Assembly (NCBI GenBank): GCA_031276135.1
Contig: JAISNR010000087.1
Coordinates: forward strand, 1 to 60,369
Direction of reading: 5' to 3'
DNA: 60,369 bases
From: Eubacteriales Family XIII. Incertae Sedis bacterium
GTDB taxonomy: Bacteria > Bacillota > Clostridia > Peptostreptococcales > Anaerovoracaceae
The position numbers and the translations under genes were made by a program. Below the pieces are notes generated by a model. The model was not told the DNA's origin, did no database searches, and saw only the letters and a program-made list of their open reading frames with translations. This document shows, piece by piece, positions 16,743-25,455 of the stretch (positions within the stretch are counted from its first letter, which is position 1; each line of letters starts with the position of its first letter).

Positions 16743-19700
16743 ATGAAGCGATTCCTATCCCTTCTGCTGACGTTCATCACGCTGCTTGGCGCGATGACGC
16801 CCGCTTTCGCGGCGCCCACGCCGGAGGAAGCGATGACCGACGTCCGCATCTACGCGGTCGGGGATTCCGTAAGCCATCTGCTCTACGACGGCGACCCGAA
16901 AAGCCTCACACCCGCGTATTACACGACAAAATCCATCACCGGCGTTGTCACCGAATATCCCGCCTACTGCATCAACCCGCATTTGCCGGGGCCGAGCGTG
17001 GGCGGGCCGTACAGCGTAGATACCAAGAGTTTAATCTCCAACCCCAAGATTTGGGGCATCATCACGAATGGCTATCCCTACAAGACCATCGGAGAACTTG
17101 GCGTTCACACCCGCGAACAGGCGTTTTACGCCACGAAGATGGCGCTGTGGACGTACATCAACGGCTGGGACGTGAACCTTTGGACAGCCGCGAACGGCGA
17201 ACAGGCCGCCACGCTGGCCGCCGTAAAAAAGATTTACGCTGCGGGTATGGCCGTCAGTGAGATCAGAGAACCGATCTTCACCGTTGCCGCCGACAAGCCG
17301 AAAGCCGAGATTGACGCGCTTGATCCCAATTTCGCGTCGCAGACCTTCACTGTTTCTGCGGACGTGGAAATCAGGAGTTATGAGGTTGCTCTTGACGACA
17401 GCATCCCCGGCGGCACGAAAGTCACAGACCTCAGCAACAATTCCAAGACTGTTTTTTCGCCCGGCGAGAAGTTTAAGGTGCTGATTCCCGCCGACCGCAT
17501 CTCGAACGCAACCGGCAATTTTGAAGTCACGGTTCGGGGCCAACTGAAAACGGACGCTGTGCTTTACGGCGTTTCTTTCGATCCCTCCCTGCAGGACTTT
17601 GCCGTCACCCGCGACCCGTTCAGCTTCGAGGACGCGACGGCGACCGTCCTGTACTCTCCGCAGAATACTTTCCTTGAGATCGTCAAGCTCGCGGCGGGCA
17701 CGAATTCTCCGCTTGCGGGCGCGGTGTTCAAAGTTACGGGGCCGGACGGCGTGGTCGGCACGTTTGCCACCGACGCCTCCGGAAAGACAGCCGTGCCGCT
17801 GACCAAAGCCGGGGCTTATTCGGTGGAGGAAATCACCCCGCCGAGCGGCTATCTGCCGGGCGTCACGTCGCACAAGGACGTGACCGTCCTGTGGGAGCAG
17901 AAAACCACCGTTACCTTCACCAACGAGAAAAAGCCCGGTCTGTCCATTCACAAGGTGGACGCCGACACCGGCGCGGGGCTGCCCGGCGCGGTTATCCGTA
18001 TCGCCCGTGAGGGCGGCATGAAGCTGACCGACGTGCAGACCGATTCCTCCGGCCGGGCCTATCTCACGGATATCGCCCCCGGCCCTTACAGCGTGGTTGA
18101 AATCACCGCGCCGGAGGGATATATCCCGAACAGCACACCGCAGACCGTCATTTTGGAAGCGGGCAAGACCGCGACGGTCACGGTGGTGAACAGCCAAAAG
18201 CCCGGACTCATCATCCGCAAGTTCGACGAGGACACCGGCCTTCCCCTCGCCGGCGCGGAATTCTCCGTCGCGCACAAGGGAGGCAGCGTCGTCTATGAGG
18301 GCATCACCGACGCTTCAGGCGTGATTCGGCCGGAGGGCCTCTCTGCGGGCTGGTACACCGTGACCGAGCTCGCCGCGCCCCACGGATACCTGAAAACGTG
18401 GGAAACGAAGGACGTGTACCTCGAACCGGGCAAGGTGGTCGAGGTCAAGTTCGACAACCGCCTGAAACCCGCACTCCGCTTGCTGAAAGTGGACGCGCAG
18501 ACCAATGCGCCTTTGGCGGGGGCCAAGTTCAAGGTGTGGAAAACCGAGGGCGGCACGGCCGGCGAGTACGTCACCGACGCCAACGGCATGATTGCCGTCT
18601 ACGATTTGGAGGAGGCGGTCTACTCCGTCGAGGAAATCGCCGCGCCGGAGGGCTACGTTCTCTCCCCTCAGCGCAAGGACATTCGGCTTGTGTGGGGCGA
18701 GGTCAAGCAGCTTGTTTTCACCAACGCGCCGAAACCCGCGCTCGTCATCCGCAAGTTTGACGAGGACACCGGTCTCCCCCTCGCCGGCGCGGAGTTCTCC
18801 GTCGCGCACAAGGGCGGCAGTATCGTCCACGAGGGCATCACCGGCATGGACGGCACGATTCGGCTCGACGATCCGGACGAGGGCTGGTACACCGTGACTG
18901 AGCTCGCCGCGCCGCACGGCTACCTGAAAACCCGGGAAACGAAGGACGTGTACCTCGAACCGGGCAAGGTGGTTGAGGTCAAGTTTGACAACCGCCTGCG
19001 CCCCGCGCTGAAGCTCATCAAGCTGGACGCGCAGACGAGCGCGCCGCTTGCGGGAGCCAAGTTCAAGGTGCAAAAGACCGAGGACGCAACCGTGTCCGAG
19101 TACGTCACCGGCACGGACGGCACGGTCACGATTTACGATTTGGACGAAGCCGTCTACTCCGTGTGGGAGTTCGAGGCGCCGAATGGGTACTTGCTCGACA
19201 CCCAACACAAAGACATCGCGCCGGAGTGGGGCAAGGTCAAGGAGCTTGTGTTCACGAACCGCGCCCGCCCGGTTTTGGAGATTGTGAAGCTGGATCGCGT
19301 CACCCGCCGGCCTTTGTTCGGCGTGAAGTTCCGCGTCACCAAGACCGAGGGCAATACCACCGGCGACTACATTACCGGCGCGGACGGAAAAATCACCATC
19401 AAGAATCTTGACGACGCTGTCTACACTGTCGAAGAGATTTCCGTTCCCGACACGCACATCCTCGCCCCCGGCAGGCAGACCATAGAGCTTGAGTGGGGCA
19501 AGACCAAGACGGTCATTTACGAGAACGACAAAAAGCCGCGCCTGACCATCACTAAGACCGACGAGGTGACAAAGACGCCGCTCCGGGGCGCGGTGTTCAA
19601 CATCACCGTTAAAAACGGGCGCAATCTCGGCGATTTTACCACCGACGGCAAGGGCGAAATCGTCTTTGAGCGACTCGACCCGGATTTGTATGTCATCACC

Positions 19701-22700
19701 GAGGTCAAAGCCCCGGACGGCTACGCCGTCACGGGCGGGCCGCAGGACGTCCGGCTTGTCTCGAACGGAGACCATCTCGCGGAGTTCCGCGACAAGGCGC
19801 TGTCCCCGCTGTATATAAAGAAAGCCGACGCCAAGACCGGCCTGCCTGTGGAGGGCGCGAAGTACCGCGTAGTCAAGATGAACGGCGAGTTCGTGGGCGA
19901 GTACGCCACCGACCGCTACGGCTTCGTATCCATTCCGAGGCTTGAACCGGGCTGGTACACCGTGTTTGAAATCTACGCGCCCACCGGCTACACCATCGAT
20001 GTGACGCCGAAGTCTGTGGAGGTCAGGCTCGGTGAGCCCGCCATCGTCGAATTCACCGACAAGCCTTTCGGCGGCCTGCTGGTAAAGAAGGTGGACGACA
20101 AAACCGGGGCCGCACTCCCCGGCGTGGACTTCAACATCACCAAAGTGGACGGCTCCCACGTCGGCGACTACACCACGGACGAGCGCGGCGCGATTCTCCT
20201 GCCCTCGCTGGAGCCGGGGAATTATGTGATCCGCGAGACCCGCGCGGCGGCGGGTTACATCCTCGCCGGCACGCCCAAAACGATAGAGGTCAAGTGGGGC
20301 GAAATCGCCGAGGTCACGTTCCGCAATAAGGCGATGAGCGGCTTGCAGATTGTCAAAATCGACGCCGACACCAAGCAGCCGCTCAAAGACGCGAAGTTCA
20401 CGCTTTACAAGATGAGCGGTGAAATCGTCGGAACTTACACCACCAACGGCGACGGAGTCATCGTTCTCGACAAGCTCGCCCCCGGCTGGTATAAGGTCGC
20501 GGAATCCCGCGCGCCGGAGGGGTATCTCATTGACGACACGCCGCAGGATGTGGAGGTCACAAGCGACCGGTTCATCAAATTGGTGTTTGAGAACCGCAAA
20601 ATGTCCGGCCTCATCGTCCGCAAGGTGGAGGCGGTCACGCTCAAACCGCTGACGGGCGCCGAGTTCAGTATCAAAACGCAGGACGGGCGGCTCGTCGGCA
20701 ATTACCGCACCGCCGCGGACGGCACGTTCTCCGTCTCGGCGCTCTCTCCCGGCCGGTACACCGTAACGGAAACCAAAGCGCCGTCGGGCTACATTTTGGA
20801 CGATAACGCGCAGACGGTGGAGATTACCCACAGCAAAACGGTGACGCTGGAATTCCAAAACAAGCCGCTGGCGTCCATTCAGATTAAGAAGGTTGACGAG
20901 TTTTCCGACGCTCCGCTCTCCGGGGCTAAGTTCACCGTCCACCATCAGGGCGGCGCGCTTATCGGCGACGACTTCACCACCGGCGCGGACGGCACAATCA
21001 GCATCCCCGCCGCCGAGCCGGGCTGGTACATCGTCCGCGAAACCCGCGCCCCGCAGGGCTACACTTTGGACGAGACCGCGAAAACAATTGAGGTCAAGGC
21101 AAGCGTTCCCGCGGTCGTGACCTTTACCAACAAGCCGCTGTCGGGCATTGAAATCCTCAAAACCGACGCCTACTCCCACGCGCCGCTCTCCGGGGCGACC
21201 TTTACGGTGGAGCGCGACACCGGGGAGAAAATAGGCGCCTACAAGACCGATTCGGCGGGAAAAATCCTCGTGTCCGGGCTGACCGAAGGGACGTATGTCG
21301 TATCCGAAACCGTCGCGCCGGAGGGGTATATCCTCGACGCCGCGCCGCAGACGGTGGTGGTCAAATCCGGCAAGCTGACGACAGCGGAGTTTGTCAACAA
21401 ACCGCTGTCGGGCCTCAAAATCCTGAAGCTGGACAGCGCGACGCGCCAGCCTATCGCGGGCGTGGAGTTCTCCGTCAGCAAAATGGACGGCGAACACGTT
21501 CCGACCGAGTTTGGCGGAACCGCTTTTAAGACCGATAAAGCCGGGCAGATTTACATCCCCGGTTTGGCGGATGGCTACTACACCGTGACGGAAATCAAGC
21601 AGGCGGAGGGGTACATCCTCGACGCCGAGCCGAAAACGGTGCTGATTCAGTCCGGCAAGCCCACGGTGCTGGAGGTGCTGAACACGCCGCAATCGGGTCT
21701 GCTCATCGTCAAGACCGACGCCAACACCGGGAAACCGCTGGCGGGCGTGCTCTTTGACGTGACGAGGGCTGACGGCCGGCGCGTGTCGGGCAATATCCTC
21801 AACGGCAACCGGCCGGACACCGAGGCGAACAGCCCCAACCGCACAACCTCTCCGAACGGAGATATTTCCGGCAGCTACACCACGGACGCGCAGGGCAGAA
21901 TCCTCATTAACGCGCTGCCCGCCGGGGAGTACCGCGTCACCGAGCGCAAGGCGCTGGACGGCTACGAGCTTGATACCGAGGTTCACGCCGTCACCGTCAC
22001 GCCGGGCAAGCCGGCAACGCTTCAGCTTACCAACACGCCCAAAGCGGGGCTGAGAGTCATAAAAATCGACAGTATTACCAAAGCGCCCATTTATGGGGTT
22101 GAGTTCATGGTGTTCGACTCAAACGGCGTGGTCGTTGGGCGCTACATCACGGATAACAACGGCGTCATCGACTTCACCGGCGTCCTGTCCGAGGGCCGCT
22201 ACACCATTCGCGAGACCAAAGCCGCGCCGGGGTATTACCTCGATGAAATCCCCAAGACCATCGAGTTCACTGCGGGAAAAGTGACGGAGATTCGCTGGGA
22301 AAACACGCCGCAGGCCGGGCAGATTCAAATCACCAAGCGCAGCGGCGACGACAACGAGGTCAACGGTCTGCCCAAAGGCTCACCGCTGGCGGGGGCGGTG
22401 TTCGAGGTGTACGCCCACAAGTCCGGCAGCCTCGTCGACCGCTTCATCAGCGGCGCGGACGGGCGCGCGGTTAGTAAACCGCTCCCGCCGGGCCGCTACA
22501 CCGTCAAGGAAGTGCAGGCGCCCCGGTGGTACAAGCTCTCCGACCGGACCTTAGATGTGGAGCTTGAGTTCGCCACACAGATTGTAAAGCTGGAATATCT
22601 CAACTACAGCGTCAACACCGGCGTTACCATCCGCAAGACCGGCAACTATGAAGCCATGCCGGGCGATACGATTTTCTTCACCATCAAGGAGCTTCGCAAC

Positions 22701-23153
22701 ACGTCCACGGTGCCGCTCACCGATTTCTACTGGCGGGATATTCTGCCCACCGACGCGGTTAGGCTGAGCAGGATTGTCACCGGCACATACAATCAATCGC
22801 TCAAATACAAGGTGACGGTCACGACCAACAAGGGCGACACGCGGGTCATCGCCGACAATCTCAGCACAACGAAAAACAACGTCATCGACTGCGCGGGTGT
22901 TTCGCTGGGTCTGCGCTCCGACGAGTACGTCACGAGCTTCACTCTGCTGTTCGGAACGGTGAAAGCCGGGTTCACGATTGTGGAACAGCCGCAGATTTAC
23001 GTCAAGGTTCTGCCTAATCTGCCGAACGGCTGCGAGTTCGCCAACAAATGCGACGTAGCCGGCAAATACGGCTCGGAATGGGTCGCGGGCAATTCGACCT
23101 GGCGCGTTAAAACCTACGCGAAGCCCGAAAAACTCCCCCGCACAGGGTATTGA
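16743..23153 (+). CDS. Giant surface adhesin (2136 aa): thioester-domain-like head, 18 tandem SpaA/Cna-B-like Ig repeats, C-terminal beta-sandwich domain, terminal LPRTG
   Basis: AAAGGAGAG RBS, then ATG at 16743. Signal peptide MKRFLSLLLTFITLLGAMTPAFA. YCIN motif (Cys76). 18 repeats of ~89 aa with consensus KPxLxIxKxDxxTxxPLxGAxFxV...GxYxVxExxAPxGYxL...F.N. The protein ends ...PEKLPRTGY-stop. Confidence 0.85.
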   Translation: MKRFLSLLLTFITLLGAMTPAFAAPTPEEAMTDVRIYAVGDSVSHLLYDGDPKSLTPAYYTTKSITGVVTEYPAYCINPHLPGPSVGGPYSVDTKSLISNPKIWGIITNGYPYKTIGELGVHTREQAFYATKMALWTYINGWDVNLWTAANGEQAATLAAVKKIYAAGMAVSEIREPIFTVAADKPKAEIDALDPNFASQTFTVSADVEIRSYEVALDDSIPGGTKVTDLSNNSKTVFSPGEKFKVLIPADRISNATGNFEVTVRGQLKTDAVLYGVSFDPSLQDFAVTRDPFSFEDATATVLYSPQNTFLEIVKLAAGTNSPLAGAVFKVTGPDGVVGTFATDASGKTAVPLTKAGAYSVEEITPPSGYLPGVTSHKDVTVLWEQKTTVTFTNEKKPGLSIHKVDADTGAGLPGAVIRIAREGGMKLTDVQTDSSGRAYLTDIAPGPYSVVEITAPEGYIPNSTPQTVILEAGKTATVTVVNSQKPGLIIRKFDEDTGLPLAGAEFSVAHKGGSVVYEGITDASGVIRPEGLSAGWYTVTELAAPHGYLKTWETKDVYLEPGKVVEVKFDNRLKPALRLLKVDAQTNAPLAGAKFKVWKTEGGTAGEYVTDANGMIAVYDLEEAVYSVEEIAAPEGYVLSPQRKDIRLVWGEVKQLVFTNAPKPALVIRKFDEDTGLPLAGAEFSVAHKGGSIVHEGITGMDGTIRLDDPDEGWYTVTELAAPHGYLKTRETKDVYLEPGKVVEVKFDNRLRPALKLIKLDAQTSAPLAGAKFKVQKTEDATVSEYVTGTDGTVTIYDLDEAVYSVWEFEAPNGYLLDTQHKDIAPEWGKVKELVFTNRARPVLEIVKLDRVTRRPLFGVKFRVTKTEGNTTGDYITGADGKITIKNLDDAVYTVEEISVPDTHILAPGRQTIELEWGKTKTVIYENDKKPRLTITKTDEVTKTPLRGAVFNITVKNGRNLGDFTTDGKGEIVFERLDPDLYVITEVKAPDGYAVTGGPQDVRLVSNGDHLAEFRDKALSPLYIKKADAKTGLPVEGAKYRVVKMNGEFVGEYATDRYGFVSIPRLEPGWYTVFEIYAPTGYTIDVTPKSVEVRLGEPAIVEFTDKPFGGLLVKKVDDKTGAALPGVDFNITKVDGSHVGDYTTDERGAILLPSLEPGNYVIRETRAAAGYILAGTPKTIEVKWGEIAEVTFRNKAMSGLQIVKIDADTKQPLKDAKFTLYKMSGEIVGTYTTNGDGVIVLDKLAPGWYKVAESRAPEGYLIDDTPQDVEVTSDRFIKLVFENRKMSGLIVRKVEAVTLKPLTGAEFSIKTQDGRLVGNYRTAADGTFSVSALSPGRYTVTETKAPSGYILDDNAQTVEITHSKTVTLEFQNKPLASIQIKKVDEFSDAPLSGAKFTVHHQGGALIGDDFTTGADGTISIPAAEPGWYIVRETRAPQGYTLDETAKTIEVKASVPAVVTFTNKPLSGIEILKTDAYSHAPLSGATFTVERDTGEKIGAYKTDSAGKILVSGLTEGTYVVSETVAPEGYILDAAPQTVVVKSGKLTTAEFVNKPLSGLKILKLDSATRQPIAGVEFSVSKMDGEHVPTEFGGTAFKTDKAGQIYIPGLADGYYTVTEIKQAEGYILDAEPKTVLIQSGKPTVLEVLNTPQSGLLIVKTDANTGKPLAGVLFDVTRADGRRVSGNILNGNRPDTEANSPNRTTSPNGDISGSYTTDAQGRILINALPAGEYRVTERKALDGYELDTEVHAVTVTPGKPATLQLTNTPKAGLRVIKIDSITKAPIYGVEFMVFDSNGVVVGRYITDNNGVIDFTGVLSEGRYTIRETKAAPGYYLDEIPKTIEFTAGKVTEIRWENTPQAGQIQITKRSGDDNEVNGLPKGSPLAGAVFEVYAHKSGSLVDRFISGADGRAVSKPLPPGRYTVKEVQAPRWYKLSDRTLDVELEFATQIVKLEYLNYSVNTGVTIRKTGNYEAMPGDTIFFTIKELRNTSTVPLTDFYWRDILPTDAVRLSRIVTGTYNQSLKYKVTVTTNKGDTRVIADNLSTTKNNVIDCAGVSLGLRSDEYVTSFTLLFGTVKAGFTIVEQPQIYVKVLPNLPNGCEFANKCDVAGKYGSEWVAGNSTWRVKTYAKPEKLPRTGY
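17670..22560 (+). repeat. Array of 18 coding tandem repeats (~267 bp each) inside the adhesin gene
   Basis: Repeat starts can be read from the translation (FLEIVKL.., GLSIHKV.., GLIIRKF.., ALRLLKV.., ALVIRKF.., ALKLIKL.., VLEIVKL.., RLTITKT.., PLYIKKA.., GLLVKKV.., GLQIVKI.., GLIVRKV.., SIQIKKV.., GIEILKT.., GLKILKL.., GLLIVKT.., GLRVIKI.., QIQITKR..). Confidence 0.85.
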
Positions 23154-23316
23154 TTCCCCAAAACAGTAAAATGGGTAACTAAAAAAATTGCCGAGGGTAT
23201 GCGGATATATCCCTTTTCGACTGTCGCTTCCCACCCCGGCTCTCCCTCCGGCACACCGCACGGGAAGCGCCCTGAAAACGGGGCGAAAAATTTGTTTCGA
23301 ACAAGCGAGAAAAGAC

Positions 23317-23345
23317 TTGCACAAGCCGCCGAACCAAGTTAACAT
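23317..23345 (+). promoter_or_regulatory. Candidate sigma-A promoter for the accessory-gene operon
   Basis: TTGCAC (23317..23322), a 17-nt spacer, then TAACAT (23340..23345), within a 244-bp intergenic region. It uses the same -10 hexamer as the 15695 candidate. Confidence 0.35.
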
Positions 23346-23397
23346 CACACAAGCCGCGGGAGCGGCAACTTAAAACCATTTGGAAAGGCGGTATATT

Positions 23398-24426
23398 ATG
23401 GAAATCATCGGGTACAACGTCACGGGCGCCGCCCGCAAGGAACTCGCCGGGGCGGTCGGCGAGTTTATCGGAGAGAAGGCGGTCTATCGGTTTGCGCCGT
23501 CCTTCGCGTTTACGGTGGGGCCGTACACCGTCGGCAGGGACGGTTCCCTCCGCTTCGAACCGTCCGAGGTCCGCAGGGACGAGTTTCGTGATCTGACGGC
23601 GCGCTTGGCGGCGCGAGGGTTCGAGCACGCGGAGATCGGGCGCGATCCCTTTGAGGACGACGACGCTTCGGGCGTGGGAGCGTCCGGCGCATCGCCCGCG
23701 GCGGAGTCCATCGCGGTTTGCGAGACGTCTGTGCGGGAGGAAAGGCCGGCCGATCCGTCGGATCACGCCGCACCTCGGGGAGTTGCCGCATTCAACGAGC
23801 GCTCCGGCCGACTGGCAATCGAGATGCCGCCTGACGGGTTCACCGGCACGGCGTTCGCCAACCTCGAAAAGCTGATCGCGGGCAAGGCCGCGCTGATCCG
23901 CAAGGCCGTGGGCGCGGAGGCGCTTCCCGTGGAACGCTCGGAGGACGGGCTTTCGTTCCCGTGGTTCAACGCGGACGCCTCGCCGGAGGCGGTCGGGGCC
24001 TGCGCCCGGTTCGTGTCCGCACTCTGCGAGACGGCGAAAAAGCAGAGGCGGGTGATCCTCAAGGAAAAGCCTCTCGACGAGGGCGCGTCTGAGAAGTTCG
24101 CCTTCCGCTGCTTCCTGCTGAAGCTCGGCTTCATCGGCGACGAGTACAAGGAGTCAAGAAGAATCCTGCTCGCAAACCTGTCCGGCAACGGCTCGCACAA
24201 GACCGGCGACGGCAAAAAGGCCGCGCCGGGGGCCGCTCCCGCCGCAATCGGCCACCATATGGGAATGCGCGGGTATCGGGACTGCCTCTGCTGCGGTCAT
24301 TCCATGAGCGAACCGGCTGAGAATGACGGTGACTCCGACCGGCTGTTCTGCGTCATCAAACGGGACTATGTCGGCGGTGAGCCCTGCGAGGAGTTCAATT
24401 GTCAGGGGGTGGCGGATCATGAATAG
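23398..24426 (+). CDS. Hypothetical ICE accessory protein (342 aa) with a Cys-rich C-terminus
   Basis: ATG at 23398. ...LSFPWFNADASPEAV...KFAFRCFLLKLGFIGDEYKESRRILLANLSGNGSHK... The C-terminus reads YRDCLCCGHSMSEP...LFCVIKRDYVGGEPCEEFNC and could be a zinc-binding knuckle. No function assigned. Confidence 0.5.
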   Translation: MEIIGYNVTGAARKELAGAVGEFIGEKAVYRFAPSFAFTVGPYTVGRDGSLRFEPSEVRRDEFRDLTARLAARGFEHAEIGRDPFEDDDASGVGASGASPAAESIAVCETSVREERPADPSDHAAPRGVAAFNERSGRLAIEMPPDGFTGTAFANLEKLIAGKAALIRKAVGAEALPVERSEDGLSFPWFNADASPEAVGACARFVSALCETAKKQRRVILKEKPLDEGASEKFAFRCFLLKLGFIGDEYKESRRILLANLSGNGSHKTGDGKKAAPGAAPAAIGHHMGMRGYRDCLCCGHSMSEPAENDGDSDRLFCVIKRDYVGGEPCEEFNCQGVADHE

Positions 24427-24940
24427 GGATGCGATTCTTCTTGAGCTTGAGGAAACCCGCGAGCTTCTGCTTGTCAAGATCAATGCCAGGGTGGACGCGC
24501 TGATCGAAGGGGTAAAAAGCGGCGAGCCGCTCGACGAAAGCTCGCCGGCCGTCGAAACGGTGTGGCCGCTGGGCATAAAGCCCGGCCTGTTCAAGGGGAC
24601 AAGGCCGGTCGCCGTACACTTCGGCGACGAGAGGGTCGAGGTCAAAAAATGGCGCGCGGTATACGCGCTGATCCTGCGTCGGTGCGCCGAAGAGCCGGAA
24701 ATGCGCGAGGCGCTTATGAGCCTCCGCAACAAAATCTCCGGCAGGACGCGAACCATCCTTTCCGATAAGCCCGACGGCATGGATTGCCCCATTGAGATCG
24801 CGGAGGGAATTTTCGTCGAAGGTTATTTCGACACGGAATGGCTGATCAAGACGCTTACCGTCGAGATTCTTGGCGCCATCGGCTATGACTGCGGCGATAT
24901 ATCCATTGCCGTCGTTCCCGGAAAAAAGCGGCGGAGATGA
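24419..24940 (+). CDS. Hypothetical protein (173 aa)
   Basis: In-frame ATG at 24419 overlaps the previous stop. MNRDAILLELEETRELLLVKINARVDALIEG... No motif recognised. Confidence 0.45.
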   Translation: MNRDAILLELEETRELLLVKINARVDALIEGVKSGEPLDESSPAVETVWPLGIKPGLFKGTRPVAVHFGDERVEVKKWRAVYALILRRCAEEPEMREALMSLRNKISGRTRTILSDKPDGMDCPIEIAEGIFVEGYFDTEWLIKTLTVEILGAIGYDCGDISIAVVPGKKRRR

Positions 24941-25013
24941 ACGGCATGACGAAACCGGGAGGCGCACCATGACCAAAAGCCACAAACCCCGCGGCGGCAT
25001 GGCGGAGGATTGA

Positions 25014-25385
25014 ATGGGGCGCACGATGGCGTGGCGACCCGCCGAAGACGGCGGCATTTGGGGCTGCAACGGCTGCACGGCCAAGAACTGCGCGAACGGG
25101 CGGGACGAAGATTTTTCCCGTTCGCCCCACGTTTGGGAATCCGCGGGCAAGACCGAGTGGTACGCCCACAAGCCGACGCCGGAAGACTGCCGCGCCATCG
25201 CCGGCGCGGTCAACGCCTGCCTTGAGGCCTTCCTTGCCTCGGCGCTTGACCGGGCGCATGGCAAGGACACGCCCGGTGCGACGAAGCCCTCGATGTTGGC
25301 CATGCCGGAGGCCGGCCGGAAGAAGCCGAAACAACCGCGCAAGGTCGCCGATCTGGGCCAAAAGCGCGGCGATACGGAACTGTAA
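25014..25385 (+). CDS. Small hypothetical protein (123 aa) with a conserved C-terminal tail
   Basis: GGCGGAGGA, then ATG at 25014. It ends ...KPSMLAMPEAGRKKPKQPRKVADLGQKRGDTEL and is followed by a clean terminator. Confidence 0.5.
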   Translation: MGRTMAWRPAEDGGIWGCNGCTAKNCANGRDEDFSRSPHVWESAGKTEWYAHKPTPEDCRAIAGAVNACLEAFLASALDRAHGKDTPGATKPSMLAMPEAGRKKPKQPRKVADLGQKRGDTEL

Positions 25386-25393
25386 GCCACACG

Positions 25394-25419
25394 GCTCCCG
25401 CTTCGGCGGGGGCTTTTTT
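25394..25419 (+). terminator. Rho-independent terminator
   Basis: GGCTCCCGC-TTCG-GCGGGGGC hairpin followed by TTTTTT (25414..25419), 9 nt after the stop at 25385. Confidence 0.65.
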
Positions 25420-25455
25420 CGTTGCCCAAACCCTATCAAACGGAGGAATCGCATT

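Noticed and set aside
18315-21986. Very long antisense ORFs opposite GC-rich genes:
- 18315..21986 (-), 1223 aa
- 17031..18275 (-)
- 3800..5059 (-)
- 8876..9955 (-)
- 11396..12595 (-)
- 15592..16665 (-)
- 26517..27476 (-)
   Set aside because: Each lies fully inside a sense-strand gene with clear domains and RBS. Their translations are low-complexity R/G/A/V/P strings with no motifs, as expected from stop-codon depletion on the antisense strand of GC-rich coding DNA.
17670-22560. Regular tandem repeats in the adhesin, and similarly at 40,900..42,810 and 54,270..55,860, considered as possible CRISPR or non-coding satellite arrays.
   Set aside because: The units are 75-270 bp, degenerate, lack spacers, and lie entirely in frame within long ORFs with a coherent domain consensus. 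No short direct-repeat/spacer architecture exists anywhere in the window.
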